Of a stretch of 64,000 nucleotides of DNA, positions 9,412-20,610 are shown piece after piece. The notes under the pieces were generated by a model. That model was given only the letters and a program-made list of their open reading frames with translations, was not told the DNA's origin and ran no database searches. The stretch is from Actinomycetota bacterium (GTDB taxonomy: Bacteria; Actinomycetota; Actinomycetes; S36-B12): the NCBI GenBank assembly GCA_009699315.1, contig WLOK01000001.1:18216-82215 (forward strand), read 5' to 3'. Each line of letters begins with the position of its first letter. Within the stretch, counting starts at the first letter, position 1. Both the position numbers and the translations under genes were made by a program.

Positions 9412-10496
9412 GCGCTGACCTCCTCGTATGCCGCCCGAAGCGACTCCTCCGATGGACCTTCGAGAATGCGGGGCTTGCCAAGCCCATCTAAAACTACAAA
9501 GCGCAGCATGTCACCACGTGCCTTCTTGTCCACGCGCATCGCGGCAAGAAGCTCGTCCCATCTCCCCGGCTGGTAGGAAATAGGTAGTTCCAGAGAGGTC
9601 AAAATGGAGCGATGCCGAGCCACGTCCTCTGCAGAGAGCAAACCCTCAATGCGCGCCAACTCGGCGACATAGACCATGCCTACGCTGATCGCATCACCAT
9701 GGCGCCAGCTGTAATTCTCAAGGCGCTCGATGGCGTGGCCAAACGTATGTCCGTAGTTGAGGACTTCGCGCCCCAACTCTGGTCCGATGCGCTCTCGCAA
9801 GTCACCTGCGACGACATCAGCCTTCACCTGAATCTTTCGTTCAATGAGTTCCCGCAGTCGCGGATCGCCGGGCTGAGTACACCCCACCGGATCAGACTCC
9901 ACAATTTCGAGGATGCGAGAGTCGACGATGAATCCACCTTTGACGACTTCCGCCATGCCCGCTAACAAATCCGGACGCGGAAGCGTCACCAAACAGTCCA
10001 GATCACAAAGCACACCAGCAGGAGGATGAAAAGCCCCCACGAGATTCTTGCCCGCGGGAGTGTTGATGCCCGTCTTGCCTCCCACTGCAGCATCCACCAT
10101 CGCCAATAATGTCGTGGGGATCAGCACTGTACGGACACCGCGCAACCACGTTGCACCGATGAAACCGGCAAGGTCAGTAGTTGCACCACCGCCGAGACCG
10201 ACGACTACATCGGTGCGCGTGAACCCCTCCTCGCCGAGCGCATTCCAAATCATGTCGACCACTCCGCTGGTCTTAGCGGCCTCCCCATCTGGCACCTCAA
10301 GAGCGAGAACTTCAATATTTGCCGCCGCGATGCTCGACATCACCCGATCTGCGAGGTCTCGCAAGGTGGGCGGATGCAGCAGCGCTACTTTCGATGCGCT
10401 ACCGCCGATGAGGTCCGTCACGCGATCAAGAACGCCATTGCCCACGATGACCGCATACGTCGACTCACCCCGAACGGCGATCACGGAATCTGTCAT
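9408..10496 (-). CDS. aroB: 3-dehydroquinate synthase
   Basis: 362 aa. '[13 protein letters not shown]' is the NAD-binding glycine motif and '[12 protein letters not shown]' holds the metal ligands. It overlaps aroQ by 4 nt. Confidence 0.95.
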   Translation of the reverse strand: MTDSVIAVRGESTYAVIVGNGVLDRVTDLIGGSASKVALLHPPTLRDLADRVMSSIAAANIEVLALEVPDGEAAKTSGVVDMIWNALGEEGFTRTDVVVGLGGGATTDLAGFIGATWLRGVRTVLIPTTLLAMVDAAVGGKTGINTPAGKNLVGAFHPPAGVLCDLDCLVTLPRPDLLAGMAEVVKGGFIVDSRILEIVESDPVGCTQPGDPRLRELIERKIQVKADVVAGDLRERIGPELGREVLNYGHTFGHAIERLENYSWRHGDAISVGMVYVAELARIEGLLSAEDVARHRSILTSLELPISYQPGRWDELLAAMRVDKKARGDMLRFVVLDGLGKPRILEGPSEESLRAAYEEVSA

Positions 10497-11011
10497 GCGT
10501 GCGCACTCCGAGGCAGGCCGCTCACCACGTCGGCAACGATGTCTGAAATGGCTCGCCCGTCAGTTTCGATCTCTACCGTCGCGACCTCGCGATAAAGCGG
10601 TTCGCGCTCCTGCATCAGGCGAAGCATCGTGCCGCGAACATTGCCCAAGAGCATGGGCCGGGCGGACGACAGCCCCACCCGTTTGACCGCATCCGAAAGT
10701 CCAACATTCAGCCAGACCACCACGTGGCCGGCCAACAAAGCGCGCGTTGATTCATCGAGGATGGCACCGCCACCTAGGGCAAGAACGCCCTCGTGTTCAG
10801 CCAGTGCATCGGCCACGGCGTCGCGCTCAAGATTTCGAAAATGTGGCTCACCGTCGTTAACGAAGATATCCGACACTGACTTGCCGGCACGGGCTTCCAC
10901 ATCAGCGTCAGTGTCACGGAAATCTACTCTCCATGCTTTCGACAGGGCCCGGCCAACCGAAGTTTTCCCGGCACCAGGAGCACCGACGATCACGGCGCGC
11001 GGCTGCGTCAC
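10493..11011 (-). CDS. aroK: Shikimate kinase
   Basis: The P-loop is '[14 protein letters not shown]'. I placed the start at the GTG at 11009-11011, which overlaps the aroC TGA (GTGA coupling). The longer ORF-track start would overlap aroC by about 150 nt. Confidence 0.9.
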   Translation of the reverse strand: MTQPRAVIVGAPGAGKTSVGRALSKAWRVDFRDTDADVEARAGKSVSDIFVNDGEPHFRNLERDAVADALAEHEGVLALGGGAILDESTRALLAGHVVVWLNVGLSDAVKRVGLSSARPMLLGNVRGTMLRLMQEREPLYREVATVEIETDGRAISDIVADVVSGLPRSAHA

Positions 11012-12180
11012 CGGATGGCCAAAGACTCGAGGTAGGAGTTGAGATTGCGCCGCGTCTCTTGCACGGAATCGCCACCGAACTTTTCGAGCACTGCATCGGC
11101 AAGGACCATGATTACCATGGCTTCTGCCACCACGCCCGCGGCGGGAACGGCACACACATCGGAGCGCTGGTTGATCGCTTTTGCTTCCTCACCAGTTGCT
11201 ACATCTACCGTGCGCAATGCCTTGGGGATGGTGGAGATCGGCTTCATGGCGGCACGGACTCGCAAGATCTCGCCAGTACTCATGCCGCCTTCGGTTCCAC
11301 CCGAATGTCCGGATGCGCGACTCAGCCGCCCGTCCTCATAGTGGATTTCGTCCTGGGCTTTCGATCCGCGCACAGCAGCGAGTTCGAAACCGTCACCTAC
11401 TTCCACTCCCTTGATCGCCTGGATGCCCATCAAAGCAGCGGCGAGTCGGGCGTCAAGCCGACGATCCCAATGCACGAATGACCCAAGGCCGGGCGGTAGA
11501 CCGTAGGCAAGCACCTCAACAACACCGCCGAGAGTGTCTCCTTCGCGGTGTGCCAGCGAGATCTCTTCTTGCATGGCCGCAGAAGCAATGGGATCGGCAC
11601 AGCGCACCGGATCTTCGTCAATGGCAGTCAGCTCGGAGTATTGGGGGACGTGGTCAGTTGTAGCTGTGCCTATGCGAACCACGTGGCTGAGTACCTCTAT
11701 GTGTCCCACCTGACGCAGGAACTCACGCCCAACAGCTGCCAAGGCCACGCGAGCCGCTGTCTCGCGGGCACTGGCGCGCTCGAGCACCGGACGAATGTCG
11801 TCGAGGCCGTACTTCTGCATTCCGGCAAGATCCGCGTGCCCCGGGCGAGGCCGACTAAGTCGGTCATTGCGGGCTAACCCATCGAGAATGGTCGAATCGA
11901 CCGGATCGGCCGACATTACCTGCTCCCACTTTGGCCATTCCGAGTTCGCGACTTCAATCGCGATGGGACCGCCCATGGTGACCCCATGTCGAACCCCGCC
12001 GAGAATCCGCACGACGTCCTGTTCGAACTTCATCCGCGCGCCACGCCCTACGCCGAGCCGACGCCGGGCCAGGTCCGCGCCGATTTCGGCTGTGGTCACG
12101 TGGACCCCGGCCGGCATCCCCTCGCACACCGACACCAGCGACGGGCCATGCGACTCTCCAGCGGTGATCCACCTCAACAT
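11008..12180 (-). CDS. aroC: Chorismate synthase
   Basis: 390 aa. '[16 protein letters not shown]' is the canonical N-terminus. Confidence 0.96.
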   Translation of the reverse strand: MLRWITAGESHGPSLVSVCEGMPAGVHVTTAEIGADLARRRLGVGRGARMKFEQDVVRILGGVRHGVTMGGPIAIEVANSEWPKWEQVMSADPVDSTILDGLARNDRLSRPRPGHADLAGMQKYGLDDIRPVLERASARETAARVALAAVGREFLRQVGHIEVLSHVVRIGTATTDHVPQYSELTAIDEDPVRCADPIASAAMQEEISLAHREGDTLGGVVEVLAYGLPPGLGSFVHWDRRLDARLAAALMGIQAIKGVEVGDGFELAAVRGSKAQDEIHYEDGRLSRASGHSGGTEGGMSTGEILRVRAAMKPISTIPKALRTVDVATGEEAKAINQRSDVCAVPAAGVVAEAMVIMVLADAVLEKFGGDSVQETRRNLNSYLESLAIR

Positions 12181-12226
12181 GCCTTAATCGTCCCAGAGTC
12201 GACCGGCTACCGCGAATCCGGTGGAC

Positions 12227-13018
12227 TTACGACCCGAGAGCGGCTCGCATCTGAGCTACCGGTGCTTCCATTCCCGTCATGAGTTCCACTTGGCCCACCG
12301 CTTGCCACAAGAGCAGGTCGAGCCCCCCTGCGATAGGGCCATTCCACGATGCGGCGAATGTGGTGGGCCAGGGGCTGTAGGCGACATCCAGCAACACTCC
12401 CCCGTTGGCTGGCACGAAGGGCACGAGACCATCTGCCGCGCCGCCCGGCACGGTGCTAATGACAATCGGCGCAGCGAGAGCGCCAGCCAGTTCAGAGTCC
12501 ATAGAGATCTCGGTCAAGTTCATGCTGAGTGAGTTTGCGACATCGCGAAGTTCTTCTACCGCCCCAGCCCGCCGAACCACCACCTCGACACTGGTCACTC
12601 CAATTCGCGCGAGCGCAGCCAGCGCTGAGCGCGCCGTTGCTCCACCACCAATGATGGTCGCGCTGTCCGCCTCCAGTTCCGGGGACACCTCTCGTAGCGC
12701 CCGGACCATACCTGGGACATCGGTATTGTCACCCATGAGTCCACGTGGGGAAAAGATCACCGTGTTAGCAGCACGCACCACCTGTGCTGTTTCGGATATC
12801 TGAAACAGATGCGGGAGTACTGCACTCTTTAACGGCATGGTCAACGACAAGCCCACCCAATCACTGCCACACGAGGCGAGAAAATCAGGAAGTTGAGCCT
12901 GCGAAACGTCGACGGCGTCATAAATCCAGTCCAGACCCAATGCTGCATAAGCAGCGCGATGCAATACCGGAGACCTACTGTGCGCAATGGGTGATCCGAG
13001 CACAGCGGCGCGCATCAT
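12227..13018 (-). CDS. aroE: Shikimate 5-dehydrogenase
   Basis: 263 aa. 'AAVLGSPIAHSRSPVLHRAAY' is the AroE substrate-binding N-terminus and 'IIGGGATARSA' is the NADP glycine motif. Confidence 0.9.
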   Translation of the reverse strand: MMRAAVLGSPIAHSRSPVLHRAAYAALGLDWIYDAVDVSQAQLPDFLASCGSDWVGLSLTMPLKSAVLPHLFQISETAQVVRAANTVIFSPRGLMGDNTDVPGMVRALREVSPELEADSATIIGGGATARSALAALARIGVTSVEVVVRRAGAVEELRDVANSLSMNLTEISMDSELAGALAAPIVISTVPGGAADGLVPFVPANGGVLLDVAYSPWPTTFAASWNGPIAGGLDLLLWQAVGQVELMTGMEAPVAQMRAALGS

Positions 13019-14121
13019 TGGCTAGCCTGCGCTTCGAGTTGCGCTGCGTATCTGTGCTTGAACTCCTTCTTGAACAACAAGAATTCGTTGTAATCAGAAG
13101 TGAACTTTGTACGCCCCGTGTCTGGATCTACGGTAACGAAATACAACCAATCACCGGCTTCAGGCGAAAGGGCCGCTTCGATGGCTGCTTCACCTGGGGA
13201 GTTGATGGGAGTGGGCGGGAGTCCATCTGTCAGAAACGTGTTGTAGGGAGAATCCACCGCGAGCATCCCCTCCGTGATGAGGAACGTAGATGTTCCTAAT
13301 GCGTAGTTGACCGTGGAATCGAACTGGAGCCGCATGTCGCTTTCGAGTCGGTTGTACGCGACGCGGGCGACCTTCGCCATATCTTGTGGCCGTGCTTCAG
13401 CCTGGACTAGCGAGGCCACAATGAGCACCTCCCATGGCGTGTAACCGAGACGCGCGGCACGACGTGTGAGATCTAGTTGGTCGGCAGCCTGGTTGAATCT
13501 GTCGACCATCATGGACACGAGTTCGGTTGCCGTCATCCCGGGTATCAGGTCATAGCTCGCGGGGAAGAGCAGGCCCTCGGTCCGACCATGCGCCCAACGA
13601 GGTAGCGAAATGTCCTTGGGATAACTGAGCACCGATTCCATATCAGCGGCCGACACGCGCGCCTCACTCACCGCCACAGACACAACCGCGTCTGGTCGCA
13701 ACCCTTCAGCGACCACCATCCGGCCCGAGCGCGAGCTGGCATCCAGCATGAGGTCCAATGCCGCTGACGGACTCATACCCATTCGCAGGGTGTAGGCGCC
13801 AGGTTGGATGCCTGCGGATCGCGGATCGAGTTCGGCGACATTGATAAAACCTTCTGGGGCTGACACCACCCCCGCCTCGGCCAAGGTCTGCGCAACGGTG
13901 CTGAGCGTGTCTCCATCCGACACTACAACGACGACAGTCCCCGAACCGCCACCGGTGAAGGCTGGAACCGGCGCGAGCGATCGCACAAACACTACGGAGA
14001 AAGCCACGGCAACCGCCAGACCCACAGCCACCACCAGCACGGCAACTCGCCGGATCCACGAGCTTCGATTTGGGGACGGCGGGAGGTCGCCTGAGGTCAG
14101 TAGGGGAAGCACCTGACTCAC
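13015..14121 (-). CDS. mltG: Endolytic murein transglycosylase MltG (YceG-like)
   Basis: 368 aa. It has an N-terminal TM anchor, and the YceG pattern 'ASLVQAEA' and 'PYNTF...GLPPTPINSPG' is present. Confidence 0.88.
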   Translation of the reverse strand: MSQVLPLLTSGDLPPSPNRSSWIRRVAVLVVAVGLAVAVAFSVVFVRSLAPVPAFTGGGSGTVVVVVSDGDTLSTVAQTLAEAGVVSAPEGFINVAELDPRSAGIQPGAYTLRMGMSPSAALDLMLDASSRSGRMVVAEGLRPDAVVSVAVSEARVSAADMESVLSYPKDISLPRWAHGRTEGLLFPASYDLIPGMTATELVSMMVDRFNQAADQLDLTRRAARLGYTPWEVLIVASLVQAEARPQDMAKVARVAYNRLESDMRLQFDSTVNYALGTSTFLITEGMLAVDSPYNTFLTDGLPPTPINSPGEAAIEAALSPEAGDWLYFVTVDPDTGRTKFTSDYNEFLLFKKEFKHRYAAQLEAQASQ

Positions 14122-14579
14122 GCGGTGCCTCCCTCCTCGACTGCGCGGCCCGGCGGCCGGCCGCTTACACGTTCGCTCTCTAGAGCATGGTGCAGGATGA
14201 CGACCGCTGAAGCCTGATCCACCACGCTGCGACCCTTACGGGAATTGACTCCGCTCGCCCGCAAAGACCTTGTCGCCTCAACCGTAGACATCCGCTCATC
14301 CACGAGGCGTACGGGGACATTCACCCGAGCGGCAACCTCCCTCGCGAACTCCCTCGCCTTGGCCGCTGCAGGCCCCTCTGCTCCCGACAACGAGAGGGGC
14401 AGCCCCACGACAATCTCGATCGCACCCTCTTCTGTGACGATCGCGGCCAGGTCCTCCACCGCTGAATCTCCGGCAGAAACTGTCGCGAGTGGTGTTGCGA
14501 GCAATCCTTCCGGATCGCATCGGGCGACCCCAATTCGCACACTGCCCACATCTACGCCGAGGCGTACCCCTCTGCGCAT
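14118..14579 (-). CDS. ruvX: Putative pre-16S rRNA nuclease / Holliday junction resolvase-like YqgF
   Basis: 153 aa. 'RLGVDVGSVRIGVARCD' is the YqgF RNase H-like N-terminal motif. It overlaps mltG by 4 nt. Confidence 0.9.
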   Translation of the reverse strand: MRRGVRLGVDVGSVRIGVARCDPEGLLATPLATVSAGDSAVEDLAAIVTEEGAIEIVVGLPLSLSGAEGPAAAKAREFAREVAARVNVPVRLVDERMSTVEATRSLRASGVNSRKGRSVVDQASAVVILHHALESERVSGRPPGRAVEEGGTA

Positions 14580-14588
14580 CGCGTGTCC

Positions 14589-17267
14589 CTAGGCGCCGGC
14601 GGCCTTGCCGGCCACCAGTGCACGAACTGCCTCGAAACCTTCGTCGATGCCTTCCACGCGGGTCCCACCGCCTTGGGCCATGTCGTCCTTGCCGCCACCG
14701 CGACCCTCCACGGAAGGAAGCATGGTCTGTAGCAGTGCCGACGCGGACAAACCAAGCGACTGAGCATGTGGATTGATGCCGACGGTCAGGGCTACGCGTC
14801 CCTCCGCGATTGCGGCGCCCACCATGATCACACCCATATCCGGACGAGCATTGCCGCGTGCCTTGACGAGAAGATCACGCAAGTCATTGGCAGAGGTGCC
14901 TTCTGGGGCAGTGAATGTCCAAAGTCGGAAGGGTCCGAAATCTTGGCCCAGTCCCAACGTGCCCTCAACATTGGCGGCTAGTGTTGCGCTGCGAACCTTG
15001 GACAACTCCCGCTCAGACTCTTTGAGCCTAGTCATCAAAGACTCGACCCGCTCCGGCAAAGCATCTGCGGGGACCTTGACCAACTCGGCAAGTCGACCGA
15101 TGATGACATGCTCACGGGCCAGATGCCGATAGGCATCAACTCCGACGATGGCTTCTATCCGCCGAACACCCGCACCGATCGACCCCTCAGAAAGGAACGA
15201 CACCACACCGATTTGCCCTGAGCGCTGGGCGTGGGTGCCGCCACACAGTTCGTGGGCCCAATCTCCAACGGACACAACGCGAACATCGGAGCCGTACTTT
15301 TCGCCGAAAAGGGCCATCGCCCCCATCTTCCGTGCGCCATCAATATCCATGATTTGTGCAGTCACTGCTAGATCAGCGGAGAGCACGTCGTTAACGCGGG
15401 CCTCGACATCGCGGAGAACCGTTGTGGAAATCGCTCCTGCACTTGGAAAGTCGAAGCGCAATCTGCCCGGGGCATTTTCTGAACCCATTTGCGTAGCCGT
15501 GTCACCTAGCGCCTCACGGAAAGCACGATGAATCAGGTGCGTGGCGGTGTGCGCGCGCGAAATAGCTCGCCTTCGCTCTACGTCGACCAGGGCTTGCACT
15601 TCGACACCAGCAACAACTTCGCCAGATGACACCGATCCACGGTGCACAAACAATCCGGGAACCGGTGACTGCACATCGTAAATCTCAATAATTGCGCCAT
15701 CGCGGGTGACAATTCGCCCGTGATCGCCCAGTTGTCCGCCTGCTTCAGCGTAGAACGGACTCCTATTGAGAATGAGCTCAATATGCTCACCCTCTCGGCC
15801 TGAAGGAACGACAACACCATCGCGCAGAACACCGATGACAACGGCATCACTTGCTACCTCGTCGTAGCCTGTGAAAGTTGTGGTTCCGCCTGAATCCAAT
15901 ACCTCCCGGTATGCGGTCACGGCCGTCAGCCCCGACTTGCGCGCGCGGGCATCTGCCTTGGCCCGCTCGCGCTGCTCAGTCATTAGCCGCCGGAATCCCT
16001 CTTCGTCTACCGAGACGCCGTATTCGCTGGCCATCTCCAATGTGAGATCGATCGGGAACCCGTACGTGTCATGCATCGCGAAGGCACGATCGCCCGCGAT
16101 GACACCTGTGCCATTGCTGCGCACCTCAAGAGCGGCCACATCGAATAACTGCATTCCAGTACGCAAGGTTTGGAGGAAGGTCGCTTCCTCCGCCTCGGAG
16201 ATAGAAAGGATGCGGCTTACTTCATCGTTAAGTTCGGGGTACTGCGGGGCCATCGACGTGATCGATGCCTTCATCAATTCCACGATCGTCGGATCATGCG
16301 CGCCAAGAATGCGCATGGTCCGGATTACGCGGCGCATAAGGCGTCGCAATACATAGCCACGCCCTTCGTTGCCGGGCAGGACACCATCGCCGATCAAGAA
16401 TGCACAGGTGCGACTGTGGTCGGCTACAACACGCAGTCCAACATCACCACGGGGATCAGCACCGTATTTGGCGCCCGAGAGTTCCGTCGCCCGATCGAGG
16501 ATGCCTCGAGTGGTGTCGATCTCGTAAATGTTGTCGACGCCCTGCAGAAGCGCAGCCATCCGCTCAAGGCCCATGCCCGTGTCGATATTGCGCGCAGGTA
16601 GGGGCTTAAGGATGTCGAAGTCCTCTTTCGACCGGACCGCGGAGAGCTCATCTTGCATAAAGACCAGGTTCCAGACCTCGAGGTAGCGATCCTCATCTGC
16701 GATCGGTCCACCCTCGCGGCCGTGCGCAGGCCCGCGGTCGTAGTAGATCTCCGAACACGGTCCACCTGGCCCGGGGACACCCATGGACCAGTAATTGTCC
16801 TTAGGGCCGCGTCGTTGAATGCGCTCGTAGGGCAGCCCGGCCTCGCGGTGCCACATCTCGATGGCCTCGTCATCATCGTCGTAGACGGTCACCCAGAGTT
16901 TGTCTTCAGGAAATGCGTAGCCTCCGGCAGAAGTGGGAGCCGTCAGCAGTTCCCAAGCGAACGGAATCGCCTGCGACTTGAAGTAATCACCGAAGGAAAA
17001 GTTGCCCGCCATTTGAAAGAAGGAGGCGTGCCTCGTAGTTTTGCCAACTTCTTCAATGTCGAGGGTGCGCACACACTTCTGCACACTCGTTGCTCGCGGA
17101 TAGGGCGGGGGCGCTTCGCCGAGAAAATATGGTTTAAACGGCACCATCCCCGCGTTGACGAAGAGCAGGGTTGGATCGTCGAGCAGAAGCGAGGCAGAGG
17201 GGACGACCTGGTGCCCGCGATCGGCGAAGAATTTCAAGAAACGTGTGCGGATCTCCGCGGACTCCAT
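14589..17267 (-). CDS. alaS: Alanine--tRNA ligase
   Basis: I placed the start at the ATG at 17265-17267 ('MESAEIRTRFLKFFADRGHQ'), preceded by AAGGAGGG. Class II AlaRS motifs and the C-terminal editing/DHHA1 region are present. The ORF-track extension of 19 codons was rejected. Confidence 0.96.
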   Translation of the reverse strand: MESAEIRTRFLKFFADRGHQVVPSASLLLDDPTLLFVNAGMVPFKPYFLGEAPPPYPRATSVQKCVRTLDIEEVGKTTRHASFFQMAGNFSFGDYFKSQAIPFAWELLTAPTSAGGYAFPEDKLWVTVYDDDDEAIEMWHREAGLPYERIQRRGPKDNYWSMGVPGPGGPCSEIYYDRGPAHGREGGPIADEDRYLEVWNLVFMQDELSAVRSKEDFDILKPLPARNIDTGMGLERMAALLQGVDNIYEIDTTRGILDRATELSGAKYGADPRGDVGLRVVADHSRTCAFLIGDGVLPGNEGRGYVLRRLMRRVIRTMRILGAHDPTIVELMKASITSMAPQYPELNDEVSRILSISEAEEATFLQTLRTGMQLFDVAALEVRSNGTGVIAGDRAFAMHDTYGFPIDLTLEMASEYGVSVDEEGFRRLMTEQRERAKADARARKSGLTAVTAYREVLDSGGTTTFTGYDEVASDAVVIGVLRDGVVVPSGREGEHIELILNRSPFYAEAGGQLGDHGRIVTRDGAIIEIYDVQSPVPGLFVHRGSVSSGEVVAGVEVQALVDVERRRAISRAHTATHLIHRAFREALGDTATQMGSENAPGRLRFDFPSAGAISTTVLRDVEARVNDVLSADLAVTAQIMDIDGARKMGAMALFGEKYGSDVRVVSVGDWAHELCGGTHAQRSGQIGVVSFLSEGSIGAGVRRIEAIVGVDAYRHLAREHVIIGRLAELVKVPADALPERVESLMTRLKESERELSKVRSATLAANVEGTLGLGQDFGPFRLWTFTAPEGTSANDLRDLLVKARGNARPDMGVIMVGAAIAEGRVALTVGINPHAQSLGLSASALLQTMLPSVEGRGGGKDDMAQGGGTRVEGIDEGFEAVRALVAGKAAGA

Positions 17268-17268
17268 T

Positions 17269-17508
17269 TTAGGAACCCTCCTTGGGCTGCACGATGATCG
17301 TGTGCTGAGCTGCCGGACGAGCATTGGGCAATAGGGCGGTCAAGGCACGGATGGATGAGGCGATCGATGTCGCTCGTTCCCCCGCTGCCTGAAGGTTCTC
17401 TACGAGATCTCGCTCGCGCACCGTTTCGGCGGCACGCTGAGCCCGCCGGTAGGCGTAGATCCCTCCGGCCGCGCCAATTGCCACCCACACCAACTTGCCC
17501 ATGATCAA
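17269..17508 (-). CDS. Small membrane-anchored protein, function unknown
   Basis: 79 aa with one N-terminal TM ('[17 protein letters not shown]') and a charged helical tail. Its start overlaps the rarA stop by 4 nt and its stop lies 1 nt (17268) before the alaS ATG, so it is embedded in the operon. Confidence 0.55.
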   Translation of the reverse strand: MIMGKLVWVAIGAAGGIYAYRRAQRAAETVRERDLVENLQAAGERATSIASSIRALTALLPNARPAAQHTIIVQPKEGS

Positions 17509-18860
17509 CTCCCTTCGGGTGCGTGCTCAGACCCTAACGTGTCCCGAGAGGCCGCCTCACCGCGCAGCACTCGTCGAATGCGGTCATCGATGTCTCCCCA
17601 ACGAGCTTCCGCACCGTGCGTGGTAGGCCGGTAGTACTCGCGATGGGCGACCGGGTCTGGGGCATAGGCCTGTTCGACTATTCCCTCCGGTGAGTCATGT
17701 GGGTACTGGTAGCCCACGCCGTGTCCGTGCGCTGCGGCACCTTGATAGTGCCCATCTCGAAGGTGCGGCGGGACAGTCCCGATTTTTCCTGATCGCACGT
17801 CGGAGATCGCTTCGTCGATGGCCACAATGACTGCGTTGGATTTCGGCGACAAAGCTAGGTGGATAGTGGCGTGAGCCAAACTCAGCCGCGCCTCAGGAAG
17901 TCCCAGCAATGAGCACGCCTCAGCTGCAGCGACGGCTGTCTGAAGCGCCGATGGATCCGCCATGCCGATGTCCTCACTCGCAAGGATCATCAGCCGTCGA
18001 GCAATAAAGCGCGAATCCTCGCCCGCCTCGATCATGCGCGCGAGATAGTGCAACGCTGCGTTGACGTCACTACCCCGCACGCTTTTGATGAAGGCGCTAA
18101 TGACGTCGTAGTGCTGGTCCCCATCACGGTCGTAGCGCACCGCAACACGTTGAACAGCCTGCTCGACATCGGCGACCTCGACGGTTCCCTCTACACCAGC
18201 GACGGCTTCAAGAGCAGTGAGAGCGCGACGAGCATCACCCGCGCCGACGCGTACGAGATGGTCCATTGCCGCATCACTCACCGTGATGGCACCAGCAAGG
18301 CCGCGCGAATCGTTCAGAGCGCGTATGAGGACAGTGCGTAGTTCATCCTCCGTGAGTGGCTCCAGCGTGAGCACGAGGCTGCGCGATAGCAACGGCGCGA
18401 CCACCGAAAACGACGGATTCTCTGTAGTTGCCGCAACTAATGTGACCCAACCGTTCTCGACCGCCGGAAGCAGTGCGTCCTGCTGGGTCTTATTGAAGCG
18501 GTGGACTTCGTCGATGAACAGGACCGTCCCAACGCCACGTACGCCAAGTTCGTCGCGGGCCCGTTCGATAACCTCGCGTACATCACGGACACCAGCGGTG
18601 ACAGCGGACAACTCCACAAATCGCCGGCTAGTCGCATGCGATAAGAGACTGGCCAGTGTGGTTTTCCCGGTACCCGGCGGGCCCCACAAGATCACCGACA
18701 CCTGCCCAGCCCCGTCGATCAAACGTCGCAGCGGCCCACCTTCGCCGAGGAGGTGTCCCTGTCCGACCACCTCATCAATGGTCCGGGGACGTACGCGCAC
18801 AGCCAACGGAGCCCCCGGTCGATCCGGGGAGGAACCCTCATCGAACAAGGTGTCGGCCAC
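17505..18860 (-). CDS. rarA: Replication-associated recombination protein A (AAA+ ATPase)
   Basis: Walker A is '[14 protein letters not shown]' and Walker B is '[11 protein letters not shown]'; the MgsA C-terminal domain is present. I placed the start at the GTG at 18858-18860, 1 nt after the aspS stop. The ORF-track start would overlap aspS by 101 nt. Confidence 0.88.
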   Translation of the reverse strand: MADTLFDEGSSPDRPGAPLAVRVRPRTIDEVVGQGHLLGEGGPLRRLIDGAGQVSVILWGPPGTGKTTLASLLSHATSRRFVELSAVTAGVRDVREVIERARDELGVRGVGTVLFIDEVHRFNKTQQDALLPAVENGWVTLVAATTENPSFSVVAPLLSRSLVLTLEPLTEDELRTVLIRALNDSRGLAGAITVSDAAMDHLVRVGAGDARRALTALEAVAGVEGTVEVADVEQAVQRVAVRYDRDGDQHYDVISAFIKSVRGSDVNAALHYLARMIEAGEDSRFIARRLMILASEDIGMADPSALQTAVAAAEACSLLGLPEARLSLAHATIHLALSPKSNAVIVAIDEAISDVRSGKIGTVPPHLRDGHYQGAAAHGHGVGYQYPHDSPEGIVEQAYAPDPVAHREYYRPTTHGAEARWGDIDDRIRRVLRGEAASRDTLGSEHAPEGS

Positions 18861-18861
18861 G

Positions 18862-20610
18862 TCAGGCCTTGGGCTCAGCCTTCGCGGCGTCGATGCCCGC
18901 TTCGCGTCGCTGTTGCGGGGTAATCGGCGTAGGGGCTCCAGTGAGTGGGTCCGCACCACCACCCGTCTTGGGGAATGCGATCACGTCGCGAATGGACGAA
19001 GCGCCGGCTAGCAGCATGCACAGGCGATCAAGTCCAAAGGCGATGCCTCCGTGCGGGGGCGGTCCATAGTTGAACGCCTCGAGCAGGAAGCCGAACTTTG
19101 ACTCAGCCTCAGCATCAGTCATGCCGAGCAGATTGAACACTCGCTTCTGCACATCACGTTGATGAATACGTACAGACCCGCCACCGATTTCGTTGCCGTT
19201 GCAGACGATGTCGTAAGCCCAGGCGAGGGCGTGATCGGGTGCGTCTTCGAAGTTGTTGATCCATTCGTCATTGGGGGACGTGAAGGGGTGATGCACCGCG
19301 GTCCAGCCAGAAGATCCATCTTCTTCCTCCGTGGGCTCGAACATTGGAGCGTCCACAATCCACAAGAAAGACCATTGCGACTCATCAATGAGTTCGAGCC
19401 TGCGAGCGATTTCACCGCGAGCTGCACCGAGCAGCGCCTGACCATCACGGATAGACCCTGCTGCAAAGAACACGCAGTCGCCGGGCTTGGCGCCGGCTGC
19501 AGCTGCGAGGCCAACGCGCTCTGCATCGGTGATGTTCTTCGCTACCGGTCCGCCGAGTTCGCCGTCCGCGCCGACGGTGACATAGGCGAGACCTTTAGCA
19601 CCACGCTGCTTTGCCCATTCCTGCCACGCGTCAAATTGGCGACGTGGCTGATCTGCTCCCCCGGCCATGACAACTGCGCCGACGTAATCAGCCTGGAACA
19701 CGCGGAAGGTGGTGTCTTTGAAAAACTCGGTGAGATCCACTAACTCAATATCGAATCGCAGGTCGGGCTTATCGCTGCCATAGCGCCGCATCGACTCGGC
19801 GTAGGTCATTCGTGGGATGGGGTCAATATCGATGCCCAGAATGCCTTTCCATACCTCGCGCACGATGGATTCACCAACTGCAATGACGTCTTCTTGCTCG
19901 ATGAATGACATCTCAATGTCAAGCTGGGTGAACTCAGGCTGACGATCCCCTCGAAAATCCTCGTCGCGGTAGCAGCGCGCGATCTGGAAGTAGCGTTCCA
20001 TTCCGGCGACCATGAGCAGTTGCTTGAAGAGTTGCGGCGACTGAGGCAGCGCATACCAACTACCCGGCTGCAGACGAGCGGGCACCAGAAAGTCACGCGC
20101 GCCTTCCGGTGTGGACGCAGTCAGCGTCGGAGTCTCAATCTCAAGGAAGGAACGGCCAAGAAGAACATCCCGACAAATCTGGTTGACCTTCGAACGCATG
20201 CGAATTGCGTCACCGGTGGTCTTACGACGTAGGTCGAGATAGCGATAGCGGAGGCGCGCTTCTTCTCCCACGTGCACACGGTCGTCAATGGGGAAAGGAA
20301 GTGGCGCAGAAGTACTGAGCACCTCCACGTGCGTGGCCATCACTTCAATATCGCCGGTAGGAAGGTCAGCGTTCGTATTGCCGCCCGGACGTATGGACAC
20401 CTCGCCGACCACCTTGAGACAAAATTCATCTCGAAGGCTGTGCGCGGCATCGGTATCGTGGATTACGACCTGCACAATTCCACTCGCGTCACGAAGATCG
20501 AGAAACGCGACGCCGCCATGATCACGGCGCGATGCGACCCAACCGGCCAGCGTGACGGTTGAACCAGAGTCGCTAGCGCGCAGCGTTCCGGCATCATGCG
20601 TGCGAATCAC
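18862..20610 (-). CDS. aspS: Aspartate--tRNA ligase
   Basis: 582 aa. It has an OB anticodon-binding N-terminus and the class II motifs 'FRDEDLR-type ...[19 protein letters not shown]' and '[10 protein letters not shown]'. The GTG start overlaps the hisS stop. Confidence 0.96.
   Translation of the reverse strand: MIRTHDAGTLRASDSGSTVTLAGWVASRRDHGGVAFLDLRDASGIVQVVIHDTDAAHSLRDEFCLKVVGEVSIRPGGNTNADLPTGDIEVMATHVEVLSTSAPLPFPIDDRVHVGEEARLRYRYLDLRRKTTGDAIRMRSKVNQICRDVLLGRSFLEIETPTLTASTPEGARDFLVPARLQPGSWYALPQSPQLFKQLLMVAGMERYFQIARCYRDEDFRGDRQPEFTQLDIEMSFIEQEDVIAVGESIVREVWKGILGIDIDPIPRMTYAESMRRYGSDKPDLRFDIELVDLTEFFKDTTFRVFQADYVGAVVMAGGADQPRRQFDAWQEWAKQRGAKGLAYVTVGADGELGGPVAKNITDAERVGLAAAAGAKPGDCVFFAAGSIRDGQALLGAARGEIARRLELIDESQWSFLWIVDAPMFEPTEEEDGSSGWTAVHHPFTSPNDEWINNFEDAPDHALAWAYDIVCNGNEIGGGSVRIHQRDVQKRVFNLLGMTDAEAESKFGFLLEAFNYGPPPHGGIAFGLDRLCMLLAGASSIRDVIAFPKTGGGADPLTGAPTPITPQQRREAGIDAAKAEPKA

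Noticed and set aside
18217-19011. 264-aa + strand ORF
   Set aside because: It is antisense to rarA and the aspS 3' end. It is a Ser/Arg/Thr/Pro-rich shadow ORF.
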